Under the pieces are notes generated by a model that was not told the origin of the DNA, ran no database searches, and saw only the letters and a list, made by a program, of their open reading frames with translations. 64,000 bases of DNA from an uncultured Gammaproteobacteria bacterium (GTDB lineage Bacteria > Patescibacteriota > Microgenomatia > CAYFQP01): positions 8,875-72,874 of the forward strand of contig CAYFQP010000003.1 of the NCBI GenBank assembly GCA_964345375.1, written 5' to 3'. This document shows positions 10,275-20,080 of the stretch, piece by piece (the first letter of the stretch is position 1; every line of letters begins with the position of its first letter). A program made the translations under genes and the position numbers.

Positions 10275-11234
10275 CTATCTTAGTTGATAAAATTCTCCTG
10301 GACTTCCAACTCTTTTAAGAATTTCTTGCTCAAAATCACGCATTATTTCAACCAGTGGTTTATCTTCACTAACATGTGGGCCCAATAAGTGAGAGCCTAT
10401 TACACAAGCAAGTGATGAATCACGATTCGATCTGTAGTGTCTTGACAAAATAGCAAAGATGTCAGCAGCTTTATATGATGGATACTCGGTTTCATCTGCT
10501 TCTAATTGTCTTTTGCTATTGAATATTCCCCATGCCTCCTTACTCGCAAAATACATTTCGGATACCAATGGTGGCTGACTTGGCAACCTGCTGCAGAAAT
10601 TCCTCACTGCCCTACCGAAATTACTTAATTGTTGCGAATATAAATCTCCATTTTGATATGCTAATGGTGAGGACAGATCTACTTGTAACGAAACTCTTAA
10701 TTCAGTTTGTGACGTCTGGTCGAAAAAAGCATCAGCTTGCTCGCGATCAATTGGTTCTGGAGGAAAACTGGGGAGAGTAATTCTTAAAATCCTATAGTTC
10801 TCAGCTCCTATTGGCCTTTCCCAACGATTGGAGAGAAGTTGTATTTGTAGCTCTCTTAGAGCTTCACTTTCTATGAGACCAGACTCTAGCGCGTCAGGAG
10901 GGGTAGGCATCTCCTCTATAGCTAATCGGACTGGGATTAATTTTCTGCTGACACACTCTTGTCGAAGAGAGTTAAATACATAACGAGATAGTGTAGTACA
11001 ACCATGTCCAGGTTTAAAGAATATAACATTTGAAGGTCCTGAAACCCTATCAAAGATTTCTTCCACCACCTCCTCATGCATAGGCCCTATATAAAGCTTG
11101 GATTCAGGATCAAGTTCATGACCGGTTAAGGGGTTAAGGTGAGGAAAACCTTCTGGTAAGCCAACTGTGTGTTTCCAGCACGCAAGGGCATGTTCGGGTG
11201 TACCTTTATGAACTTCAACCCTCCTGTCAACCAT
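10275..11234 (-). CDS. hypothetical protein with degenerate P-loop-like motif
   Basis: 319 aa; FFKPGHGCTTL resembles GPPGTGKTT with Lys replaced by Cys; RLAIEEM Walker-B-like; own TTGACA-17-TATACT promoter 9 nt before ATG. Confidence 0.4.
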   Translation of the reverse strand: MVDRRVEVHKGTPEHALACWKHTVGLPEGFPHLNPLTGHELDPESKLYIGPMHEEVVEEIFDRVSGPSNVIFFKPGHGCTTLSRYVFNSLRQECVSRKLIPVRLAIEEMPTPPDALESGLIESEALRELQIQLLSNRWERPIGAENYRILRITLPSFPPEPIDREQADAFFDQTSQTELRVSLQVDLSSPLAYQNGDLYSQQLSNFGRAVRNFCSRLPSQPPLVSEMYFASKEAWGIFNSKRQLEADETEYPSYKAADIFAILSRHYRSNRDSSLACVIGSHLLGPHVSEDKPLVEIMRDFEQEILKRVGSPGEFYQLR

Positions 11235-11322
11235 GGCTTTGCAAGTATATTAAACTATAGGACTCTTGTCAAGCAGAGGGCATGTTTTCTTCTCTTTGGT
11301 CTCAACCTACTCAGAAGGTGAA

Positions 11323-11637
11323 TTAGGCTGGCACTTTCGGTCTCTTTTTTTTCTTCCACTCTTTTTTCAACTCCCCTAGCTTCCACATAAATAGCCTTGC
11401 CTTACTCCTGACTTTACCAGCATCTTTAACAAAATTCCTTGCCTCTTCTAAAAGGGCTCTCGGAGTTTCTTTGGCTAGTTTAATATAAAGAGCCTTGTGT
11501 TTTAAATCATTAAGTTCTTTGGCCAAATCATAGCCATATTTCTGAAATTCCCGGGAAATATACTTATCTTCATCAGGTTTAAAATCTTTTAAGATATCAC
11601 CAATTGATTGCATTCCTTTTTTATTCTTAACTTTCAT
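11323..11637 (-). CDS. hypothetical small basic protein
   Basis: 104 aa, Lys-rich C-terminus (KKEWKKKKRPK). Confidence 0.35.
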   Translation of the reverse strand: MKVKNKKGMQSIGDILKDFKPDEDKYISREFQKYGYDLAKELNDLKHKALYIKLAKETPRALLEEARNFVKDAGKVRSKARLFMWKLGELKKEWKKKKRPKVPA

Positions 11638-12814
11638 TTTTTTTGGGTCTAATTATTAGAATCGGTAAAAGGCTGGACAAAGCGCCAATCGAAAAAACCC
11701 ATTGTAGTTCAAGACCTAACCAAACCCAAATTAAAAGTAAGGCACAGGTTAATATACCACCAATCGTAATTGCCTGCTCTCGGAAAAGGATTGCCCTGCC
11801 AGTTGAGTGATCTTCAATTGCTTTCTCATAGGACATCACGCTCAAAGGAATGGCTACCATTCCTCCAGTCACCCGGTCAGCAACGTCAAGAACAAACAAA
11901 ACACTAATTGCCCGGGTAAGTAGCCTACCCGACCAGACTAAAGCTTGAAGAATTGAACCATAGACAATTAAGCCTTTTTTGCCTTTAACGTCTGTCCAAC
12001 GGCCAACAAAAAGATTAATTGCCGCCACGATTGCCATTGACAAAGAAAGAAATTCTCCTAAGGAAAGTTCTTTTTTCAAAATTAGGTATAAATAAAGAGG
12101 AATGACAATTGCGTAAATGACTGCTCCTATTGTATCACCTACATAGGCTAAAAAAGCTCTTTTATGGACTTTGAAAAGCTGGAAAACCTCGGCCATGCAA
12201 GTATCATGGCGGGTCTTTTCTTCTTTCAAACCTCTGATACTCAAAGCCGAAAGGCCTAAAAAGAACAAAGAAGCAAGAAAAAGGGCCTGATAGCCTGCCA
12301 GACCAATCAGCAAGCCACCAAAAAAGGGCACGCCTAATAAGAAAAACGTGCTTATCACTTCAACCAGGCCGATTTCTTTACCAAAAGCGCCTTCTTGGCC
12401 AACCTTTACCCTCATCCCATGGCAACCAAACCAATAAAATCCAGTTGATAGACCCCAAAAAGGAGAAGCCAAAAAGAGCAAAAGTGGCCATTTTTGAGAG
12501 GTAAACAAAATTATTAAGCAAATCGCTGCAAAGAGCTGCCCCAAGTACATTTGTCTCTTAAGGCCGATTTTCAAGGAAAGCTCTTCAGCAAAAAGATTGG
12601 AAATAAATTTAAAACCGTAAATTGAAAGAAAATAAATAAAAACCGCTAGGAGGGCAACCCTTTCTTGATCTGTCAATTCGAATAAGGTTTTGTAAATATA
12701 AATTGAAGAAAATAAAGAAAGAAGAGTAACTGATACAGCCCGAAAGGATTGGCTAAGAAAAAAAGGTAGTAATTTAACTTCTCCTCTAATCCGAAAATCT
12801 AAGAATCTTTCCAT
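11627..12814 (-). CDS. MFS-like polytopic transporter
   Basis: 395 aa, about 10-12 TM helices. Confidence 0.5.
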   Translation of the reverse strand: MERFLDFRIRGEVKLLPFFLSQSFRAVSVTLLSLFSSIYIYKTLFELTDQERVALLAVFIYFLSIYGFKFISNLFAEELSLKIGLKRQMYLGQLFAAICLIILFTSQKWPLLLFLASPFWGLSTGFYWFGCHGMRVKVGQEGAFGKEIGLVEVISTFFLLGVPFFGGLLIGLAGYQALFLASLFFLGLSALSIRGLKEEKTRHDTCMAEVFQLFKVHKRAFLAYVGDTIGAVIYAIVIPLYLYLILKKELSLGEFLSLSMAIVAAINLFVGRWTDVKGKKGLIVYGSILQALVWSGRLLTRAISVLFVLDVADRVTGGMVAIPLSVMSYEKAIEDHSTGRAILFREQAITIGGILTCALLLIWVWLGLELQWVFSIGALSSLLPILIIRPKKNES

Positions 12815-12815
12815 T

Positions 12816-13403
12816 TTACTGATTAAAGCGGTTCATTACCTTTTCTAAACCTTTTTCTAGGGCAATTTCAATCGCCTGAATGGTTTTTTTGATCATCTGT
12901 TTGGCCTCACTCGCCTCGTTCACATCAAATTCCTTTAAGACATAATCATCCACCTCTCTCTCACTTTTAATCTCTACTTTTCCTTTTTTCCGGGGATGAC
13001 CAATACCCAATCGAAATCTAACAAACTGATCTGTCCCTAGCTTGTCAATCACTGACTCAACTCCATGATGACCAGCCGCCGCTCCCCCTAATCTAATTTT
13101 AATTTTTCCTAAAGGTAAATCAAGATCATCATGAACTATCCAAATATCTTCAGGCTTGATTTTATAAAAACTAACTAGCTTAGAAACACTGTAGCCTGAG
13201 GCATTCATCATTGTTTGAGGCTTAGCCAAGATCAAATCACTGATCTTGGCAATTAAGCTATTAGCTCTTTTATCTTCCTTCCAGGTGGTTCTTTCAACCT
13301 CAGTTAGTTCCTGAAGCAAGCCATCAAGAACAACAAAACCTAAATTATGCCTTGTTCTCTCGTATTTTTCGCCTGGATTACCTAAACCAACAATGAGTTT
13401 CAT
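12816..13403 (-). CDS. pth: peptidyl-tRNA hydrolase
   Basis: LIVGLGNPGEKYERTRHNLGF N-terminal signature. Confidence 0.9.
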   Translation of the reverse strand: MKLIVGLGNPGEKYERTRHNLGFVVLDGLLQELTEVERTTWKEDKRANSLIAKISDLILAKPQTMMNASGYSVSKLVSFYKIKPEDIWIVHDDLDLPLGKIKIRLGGAAAGHHGVESVIDKLGTDQFVRFRLGIGHPRKKGKVEIKSEREVDDYVLKEFDVNEASEAKQMIKKTIQAIEIALEKGLEKVMNRFNQ

Positions 13404-14038
13404 TTTAAAAGCTCCTTAACCTCTTCATCCGTAGTTTGGGGAAAATCTTCGTAAAATTGGCCAACAGCAAAGAACATCAACGGCGCTTCAAGATAGATAA
13501 CCGCATCCGCTTGTCTCTCGATTTTTTTGAGAGTATCCCGGGCAATTACCGGCACGGCCACAATAATCTTTTTGGGATTATCTTGCCGCAGGACTTCAAT
13601 AGCCGCCAACATAGTCGCCCCAGTGGCTACACCATCATCAGTTAAAATAATTATTTTGTCTTTAAATTTAGGCTGAGCCCTGTCTCCCCGAAGCCCTTTT
13701 TCTCTTCTCTTAATCTCGGCTTCAATCTCTTTTTTTTGCTCTTGAATATATTTTTCATCTGCTCCCACTCTTCCGGCTAACTGTTCGTCAATTACCTCTT
13801 CTCCGCCTGGTCCGACCGCACCAATGGCTAATTCTGGATTACCAGGAGCCCCGATTTTTTTGGTAATAATAATATCTAGCGCTGCTTTTAATTTCTTGGC
13901 GATCTCCTTGCCCGTAACCACCCCACCTCTAGGAATAGCTAAAACTATTTTTTTTCCTTTTACCTGATCAGCTTCAAGCTCTCTTAAAATCTTTTCCGCT
14001 AGTTTTTCTCCGGCTTCTTCCCTGTTCTCAAACATCAA
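13400..14038 (-). CDS. phosphoribosyltransferase family protein
   Basis: PRPP-binding motif IIILTDDGVATGATM. Confidence 0.7.
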   Translation of the reverse strand: MMFENREEAGEKLAEKILRELEADQVKGKKIVLAIPRGGVVTGKEIAKKLKAALDIIITKKIGAPGNPELAIGAVGPGGEEVIDEQLAGRVGADEKYIQEQKKEIEAEIKRREKGLRGDRAQPKFKDKIIILTDDGVATGATMLAAIEVLRQDNPKKIIVAVPVIARDTLKKIERQADAVIYLEAPLMFFAVGQFYEDFPQTTDEEVKELLK

Positions 14039-14134
14039 TTCTCATTTTACCTTTTTAATAATAAATTGCCAACAAAAACCCACCCCTAACTTGAATCTTA
14101 TTAAAGTTAAGATCTTAACCAATCGGGATGGGTT

Positions 14135-14461
14135 TTAAAGTCTTGCCGCTTGCTTCTCGGCAAAATCACCAATTACTGGTAGTTTGAATTTCTCTCCTTG
14201 ATAAGCCTTAAAGATTAACACCAGCCAGAGAACAAAACCAATAATCATTAAAATCGGCGAGAGCATCCAACCAATAACCGGGACAAAAGAAAGAAGAGTG
14301 ATTATCCCAAAGGTGATAATTGATTGCATCGCATGGAAGCGAACAAAGCTATTATCTTTCTCAATGAGGAGGAAAACGATGCCTGTCAACCAACCTAGAA
14401 CATAAGTTAAAGCGGCGGTAGTATTGTTAGGAAGACCAAGTCCACTCTTGCCTTCAGACAT
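14135..14461 (-). CDS. DUF4870 family small membrane protein
   Basis: YVLGWLTGIVFLLIEKDNSFVRFHAMQS signature. Confidence 0.6.
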   Translation of the reverse strand: MSEGKSGLGLPNNTTAALTYVLGWLTGIVFLLIEKDNSFVRFHAMQSIITFGIITLLSFVPVIGWMLSPILMIIGFVLWLVLIFKAYQGEKFKLPVIGDFAEKQAARL

Positions 14462-14523
14462 AGATTTTTGTCACCTCCCTCCTATTTTCATCGTAACACC
14501 AAAAAAGAATTGATGTCAATAGT

Positions 14524-15825
14524 CTAAAATAGAGCCAGTTGCTCTTTGTTTTCCTCTGTCTTGACCACATCTTCTCCTTCAGGCCAGATTTTAACTGTTC
14601 CAAAAACTCCATCATAGCCCGGCTCAATTACCAAATCTCCACTTCTTACTTTTTTAATTCCTTCAGCAATTTTTGGTCCAGAGATTTTCCTGATTTCATC
14701 GGTCTTAGTCACTAATAAAACTCCGAATTCTCCCCCAAAATTACTTGTTAATTTTTTATACTCATTTAAAGATTTTTGGCTGGAAACACTTGAGCTTAAT
14801 TCTTCAGCTATTATCTCGATTAAGGGCACTAACATTAAATAAGGCGGTCTTTTTTGCCAGCTGATTTTTTTAACCCCGAAATCGTCAATTTCTTCTTTTA
14901 ATTCTTCTATTTTCCGACTACTTAATTTGTCTACCCGGTGCATGACGCCAACAGTTAGGGGACGACCACAAACTGGACAAGTCGCTCCCAATTTTTTCGT
15001 TTCCTCAGGAGATTGTTTCACGCCGCAATTTCGATGACCTGTCCAATGATATTTCCCCTCTTCTGGATAGAACTCAATTGTTTTAGCTACCTGGTTTTCA
15101 ATAATTGCCTTTCTGATATCTTGATAGTCAAATTTTTTGGAGTTTCTAATCTCAAAAACAGTTGCCTCTCGGCCCATTTTGATAGCCGAGTGAGCATCAG
15201 AAAAAGAAAGGATTGTTCGAGGATCAAGCTCTTTAACTTGCCAATTCATTCTAGGATCGCTCGACAAACCAGTTTCAATTGCTTTAATCTCCTTGCTTAA
15301 ATCACCAAAACATTCTTCGATTGAATCAAAGCCAGAAAGAGAACCATAGAGAGAAAAATGAGGTGTCCAAACATGGGCAGGGACAATCAAAGCCTGAGGT
15401 GAAATGTTTAAAACCAGCTCAGCCATTTCTCGAGCACTTAGACCAAAAATCGGCCGGCCATCACTAATTAAATTTCCTTTTCGGCCTAAAACTTCATTAA
15501 TTTTGTCCACCACCCCAAAGTCAGGAGCAAAAATAATCAGATGAATCCGGCGAAGACGGCCTGCCTGACGATAAATACTTGATAATTCAGTTGTTAAAAG
15601 AAATTTGGTTTTGTTTTTTGAATCTTTTAGTTGGTAAACCCCTTTCCCAGCCTCCTCTAGATTCGCTTTTAACTCCCGAATCCATAAAGGATGAGTAAAA
15701 TCAGCAGTGCTTACCAAACCAAGCCCCTTAATCTCTGCCCATTGGGCGATTTCTGGTAAGACCATCTTCGGCGAAACCGCCCGAGAGTACTTACTATGAA
15801 AGTGCAAATCAGCAATTATTTCCAT
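14524..15825 (-). CDS. PHP-domain nuclease, endonuclease Q (EndoQ)-like
   Basis: Starts MEIIADLHFHSKYSRAVS (PHP His motif at extreme N-terminus as in EndoQ), C-terminal CPVCGRP zinc ribbon; start moved to internal Met. Confidence 0.5.
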   Translation of the reverse strand: MEIIADLHFHSKYSRAVSPKMVLPEIAQWAEIKGLGLVSTADFTHPLWIRELKANLEEAGKGVYQLKDSKNKTKFLLTTELSSIYRQAGRLRRIHLIIFAPDFGVVDKINEVLGRKGNLISDGRPIFGLSAREMAELVLNISPQALIVPAHVWTPHFSLYGSLSGFDSIEECFGDLSKEIKAIETGLSSDPRMNWQVKELDPRTILSFSDAHSAIKMGREATVFEIRNSKKFDYQDIRKAIIENQVAKTIEFYPEEGKYHWTGHRNCGVKQSPEETKKLGATCPVCGRPLTVGVMHRVDKLSSRKIEELKEEIDDFGVKKISWQKRPPYLMLVPLIEIIAEELSSSVSSQKSLNEYKKLTSNFGGEFGVLLVTKTDEIRKISGPKIAEGIKKVRSGDLVIEPGYDGVFGTVKIWPEGEDVVKTEENKEQLALF

Positions 15826-15835
15826 ATCTCCTATC

Positions 15836-16579
15836 CTATAAAAAACGCTTAGAAAAGCAAAAGCCAACCCCATCCAGATAAGTCTTAGTGTTAATCCATA
15901 ATGCTTGCCAGAATTTTCTTTTTTTTATCAATTCCCCTATTGACTCGTAATGAGAGTGTCTCACCATTGACCTGGGGGCATAGACAGTTTTATAGCCCCT
16001 TTTAGCCACCGCTAATGCCCAAACTGGGTCTTCGGTTTGCTTTATTTTCTCATCAAAAGGTATCGTTTGCCAGACTTTTTTTCTTATACCACAACTAGAA
16101 GCCCAAAACAGAGTATAACAGGCAAATTTTTCGAAAAACCAATGGAAGCGGGAAAAACCAATAAACCAAAGAAGTTTATGATATAAACCCGACTTTGGGC
16201 TATGGATCTGGCGGGAATAAGTACCAGCAACTAACGGGTCAAAAAATGGCCCTAAAAGTTCACCTAACCAATTTCGATTATAAGGGAGGGTGTGGGCACT
16301 TAAGCGAACGAGAAATTCTCCTTTAGCTTCTTGGGCTCCAAGATTCAAAGCCCGAGCATAATTAAATCTGTTCCCAACTGGCCCTTTATAATGAATAACC
16401 CTGGCTGGATATTTCTTCAGTAATTCAAGCGTGCCGTCAGTTGACCCAGAATCAACCACAATCACTTCGAAATCTTGATATTTCTGGTTGAAGATTAAGG
16501 CTAAGTTTTTCTCTAAAGCTTTTCTCTCGTTCCAAGACAAAATTATTATTGAAACTTCAGGCTTTCTTTTAATCTTCAT
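15836..16579 (-). CDS. family 2 glycosyltransferase
   Basis: IIILSWNE...VIVVDSGSTDGT; start set to MKIKRK to avoid overlap with upstream gene. Confidence 0.75.
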   Translation of the reverse strand: MKIKRKPEVSIIILSWNERKALEKNLALIFNQKYQDFEVIVVDSGSTDGTLELLKKYPARVIHYKGPVGNRFNYARALNLGAQEAKGEFLVRLSAHTLPYNRNWLGELLGPFFDPLVAGTYSRQIHSPKSGLYHKLLWFIGFSRFHWFFEKFACYTLFWASSCGIRKKVWQTIPFDEKIKQTEDPVWALAVAKRGYKTVYAPRSMVRHSHYESIGELIKKRKFWQALWINTKTYLDGVGFCFSKRFL

Positions 16580-16584
16580 AAAAG

Positions 16585-17559
16585 CTAAGGATGAATAAAG
16601 GCAGTTAATAAAAAGGCAAGATAGAAGCCAATCAAAAAAGCTCCTTCCCAACGTTCTAGTTTTTGTTTAGTCCGAATGAAAAAGTAGAAAATCAGGAAGA
16701 TAACTACATAGGTAATTGTTGCCAAAAGATACTCTTCAAAAGCCCTGATAACAATTGGTCTAATAAAGGCAGTTAAACCAATGATTAGGGTTCCATTGGC
16801 CACAATTGAACCTAATAAATCACCGAAAAACATTTTAGGTTCTTTTTCTCTTAAGCTCTTTATTTCAAAAGCAAGTTCAGGTAAACTCGTACCAATCGCC
16901 ACTAGGAATAAGCCAATCAAGAGGAGAGGAATATTTAGACCAAAAGCAACTTTTCTGGCCATCCGAACCAACATGTCAGCCGAAAAAAGCAACAAAGCTA
17001 CTCCAAGGAAAATCCAGCCTATTTCCCTGCCTGCTTCCTTATGGTTTAAGCGTCGGATGAGTTGATGAATAACACCCTCTTTTGCCTCTCTGCCTTTAGC
17101 CAAATGGCGCCTGCGCTCAGCCAAGATTAAAAAATTATAGAAACCATAAAGAAATAAAAGAATCAGCCCATCTAGACGAGAGAGAGAGTGATCCAAAAGT
17201 AAGATAATCGGTGCTAAGCCTGCCAAAAAGGCATAAGCTAAATCGGTCTTAAGGAAACTCCCCCTGACCCTTAAAGTGCCGCCAATTAAGGCAGCTCCAC
17301 CGACTACTAAAGAGAGATCAGCAATATTAGAGCCGATTACATTCCCCAAGGCCAGGTTGGGTAAACCTTCATAGGCTGAGGTAATACCGACAAAAAGTTC
17401 AGGTAAGGAAGTGGCTAAGGCTAAAACAATCGTCGTTACCGCAAACCTTCCCATTCTCGTCCGCTTGGCTAATGACCGAAGATTAATTACCAAGATTTCA
17501 GTCGCCTTAATGAGTAAAATCGAAAAAGCAACGGCTAAAACTAGATAATAAGCAATCAT
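16585..17559 (-). CDS. Ca2+/Na+ antiporter (CaCA family, YrbG-like)
   Basis: Two alpha repeats: ATSLPELFVGI and GTSLPELAFEI, GNVIGSNIADL. Confidence 0.85.
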   Translation of the reverse strand: MIAYYLVLAVAFSILLIKATEILVINLRSLAKRTRMGRFAVTTIVLALATSLPELFVGITSAYEGLPNLALGNVIGSNIADLSLVVGGAALIGGTLRVRGSFLKTDLAYAFLAGLAPIILLLDHSLSRLDGLILLFLYGFYNFLILAERRRHLAKGREAKEGVIHQLIRRLNHKEAGREIGWIFLGVALLLFSADMLVRMARKVAFGLNIPLLLIGLFLVAIGTSLPELAFEIKSLREKEPKMFFGDLLGSIVANGTLIIGLTAFIRPIVIRAFEEYLLATITYVVIFLIFYFFIRTKQKLERWEGAFLIGFYLAFLLTAFIHP

Positions 17560-17568
17560 CTTTCTAAT

Positions 17569-20040
17569 CTACTTTCTTTTAATAATAAAAATCCATTTTG
17601 CTCCTTCAATCGCTAAAAGCTCAATTCCGCCTAGAACAAGCAAAACTAACCATTCTCTCCAGCCTAGAGAGTGGGTATTTAATAATACCTGAAAAGGTGG
17701 AAGATAGATGGCCACTAATAACATCAAGATACCTATTCCAACGGAGATAAGCAACAGTTTATTGGCCCAGAAGTCAATCTGAAAAATTGTTTTCCGAATA
17801 CTTCGGCAAGCAAAAACATAGGCTAAGGAATCAACTCCTAAAGCAACAAAAATTACTGTCTGAATGTAATGGAGATGAAGAAAACCCTGATTAAGCCAAA
17901 CAAAAAGAGTCAGAAGAAACAAATCAGTCAGAATACCAATAATAAAAATCAAAACCTTAAGTTCGAAATCAAGAATTGGTGCCTCTCTTGGCCTAGGCGG
18001 GTCATTCATAACCTCTTTTTCTTCAGGCTCAAAGGCGAGAGCAATACCCGGAAAAGTATCCTCAACTAAATTCACCCAAAGGATCTGGGCAGCAGTCACT
18101 GGTAGAGGCAAACCTAAGAGAATTGAGCCGGCAATCAAGATCACTTCAGTAAAAGAATCAGAAAGAAGATACAAAGTCACCTTTTTAATGTTCTCAAAAA
18201 TCGCTCTTCCCTCCTCAATAGCATGGATAATTGTTCCAAATCTTGAATTAAGTAAAACCATGTCAGCTGTCTCTTTAGCCACATCTGAAGCTTCACCAAC
18301 AACAATGCCAATATCTGCCTGTTTTAAAGCCGGCGCATCATTAACACCGTCTCCCATCATGGCGACTACTTCACCATTCTCTTTTAAAGCATTAACGATC
18401 TTTAGTTTTTGCTCTGGATCAGTTCGAGCAAAGAGAAGAATCTCACCTACCTTTTTCTTTAATTCTCCTTGAGAAATTTTTTCCAGTTCATTTCCCTCCA
18501 TAACTTGAGTTTTTTGATCGAGTTTAAGATCAAGCTGCTCTAAAACCGCCAGGGCGGTAGAGACATAATCACCAGTGACCACTTTGACTTTTATCCCAGC
18601 TTGTTGACACTCTTTTAAGGCTGTCTTTACTCCTTTTCTAACCGGATCTTCATAGACCAAAATTCCTAGCCAAGTTAATCCTTTTAAGTCTGAATCCTTT
18701 ATCTCTTTCTGTTTACCAGTCATCTTTTTAAAGGCAAAGCCTACGATTCTATATCCTTTTTCTCCGGATTGATTAAATTTCTTTGCCCATGTTTTCCTAC
18801 TTGTTTGAGGTAAATCACATTTACTAAGGACTACTTCTGGAGCACCAGAAACAATTAGAAGTCCGGGGTGTAGAGTGGCAATGATCTTTTTTTGAGGCGA
18901 AAAAGGGACCTCATCCAATCTCGGATTTTTTTCCTGAATAGTTTTTGACTTAGTCTTAGATTTCTTTTCTGCCCAATCCATCATCGCTACTTCTAAAGGG
19001 TCACGCATGTCATTACAAAGAATGGCTGACTTAATCCCTAGGTCTTTATTAGTAAAATCGTCTTTAACTACTTGAAGTTCACCTAAAGTCAGGGTCCCGG
19101 TTTTATCAGCACAAATGACAGAAACCGAACCTAAGGTCTCGGCCGCTAAGAGCTTACGGACTAAGGCCTTTCTTTTTAAAATCCGCTGCATTCCTAAAGC
19201 TAAAATCACTGTTAGAGTCACAATTAAGCCCTCGGGAATAGCAGCCACGGCTACAGCTACACTAGTAGTAAAAATTTCAATGATTTCATAGCCAAGAAGG
19301 CTACCAAGAACAAAAATCAAAAGAGCAACACCGCCAACTAATAAAGCCAGGATTCTGGCTAGCTTAATAATCTGTTCTTGAAGAGGTGTCTTTTCTTCTT
19401 CAACTTCGCCTAATTGCCTACCAATCTTACCCATCTCAGTTTCCATGCCTGTCTGGGTTACCAACATCTTAGCAATGCCAGTGACCACGGTCGTGCCCAT
19501 AAAAGCCTGATTTTCTTTTATTGTCTGCTTTTCATTTTTAGCTTTCTGTTTCTTCACCGGCATGCTTTCACCAGTTAAAATCGCCTCGTTAACCGAGAAA
19601 TCAGTTGCTTCCAACAAAATTCCGTCAGCCGGAATCCTTGTCCCAATGGTTAGAACCACTAAATCGCCGGGGACAACCTTTGAAGCCTCAATCTCCTGTT
19701 GTTGGCCATCACGAATGACCTTAGCTTTAGGCGTAAGCAAAGAACGGAGAGCAATCAAGGCTGTTTGGGCTTTTCTCTCTTGCCAAAAACCTAAGAGAGT
19801 ATTAATTAAAACCGCGGCAAAAATGACAATTGTATCTGTCAATTCATGAAGGATAAGAGTAACTATTCCCGCAAAAAGAAGAACGTAGACTAGAGGAGAT
19901 TTAAGTTGAGCAAGAATCAGCTTAAGATTAGAAAGCCCAGGGGGTTTGGCCAGTTCATTAGGTCCAAATTTCTCTAGACGCTCATGAGCTTCTTTAGAGG
20001 ACAAGCCTTTCTTCAAGAAATCTTCTTTCTTCTCCCCCAT
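17569..20040 (-). CDS. cation-transporting P-type ATPase (type II, Ca2+/Mg2+-like)
   Basis: CADKTGTLT, TGDYVSTA, MGDGVNDAPALKQADIG; 10 TM. Confidence 0.85.
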   Translation of the reverse strand: MGEKKEDFLKKGLSSKEAHERLEKFGPNELAKPPGLSNLKLILAQLKSPLVYVLLFAGIVTLILHELTDTIVIFAAVLINTLLGFWQERKAQTALIALRSLLTPKAKVIRDGQQQEIEASKVVPGDLVVLTIGTRIPADGILLEATDFSVNEAILTGESMPVKKQKAKNEKQTIKENQAFMGTTVVTGIAKMLVTQTGMETEMGKIGRQLGEVEEEKTPLQEQIIKLARILALLVGGVALLIFVLGSLLGYEIIEIFTTSVAVAVAAIPEGLIVTLTVILALGMQRILKRKALVRKLLAAETLGSVSVICADKTGTLTLGELQVVKDDFTNKDLGIKSAILCNDMRDPLEVAMMDWAEKKSKTKSKTIQEKNPRLDEVPFSPQKKIIATLHPGLLIVSGAPEVVLSKCDLPQTSRKTWAKKFNQSGEKGYRIVGFAFKKMTGKQKEIKDSDLKGLTWLGILVYEDPVRKGVKTALKECQQAGIKVKVVTGDYVSTALAVLEQLDLKLDQKTQVMEGNELEKISQGELKKKVGEILLFARTDPEQKLKIVNALKENGEVVAMMGDGVNDAPALKQADIGIVVGEASDVAKETADMVLLNSRFGTIIHAIEEGRAIFENIKKVTLYLLSDSFTEVILIAGSILLGLPLPVTAAQILWVNLVEDTFPGIALAFEPEEKEVMNDPPRPREAPILDFELKVLIFIIGILTDLFLLTLFVWLNQGFLHLHYIQTVIFVALGVDSLAYVFACRSIRKTIFQIDFWANKLLLISVGIGILMLLVAIYLPPFQVLLNTHSLGWREWLVLLVLGGIELLAIEGAKWIFIIKRK

Positions 20041-20080
20041 ACCTCCATGCTATCATAACTGGCTTATTTTATAAAAGAGG

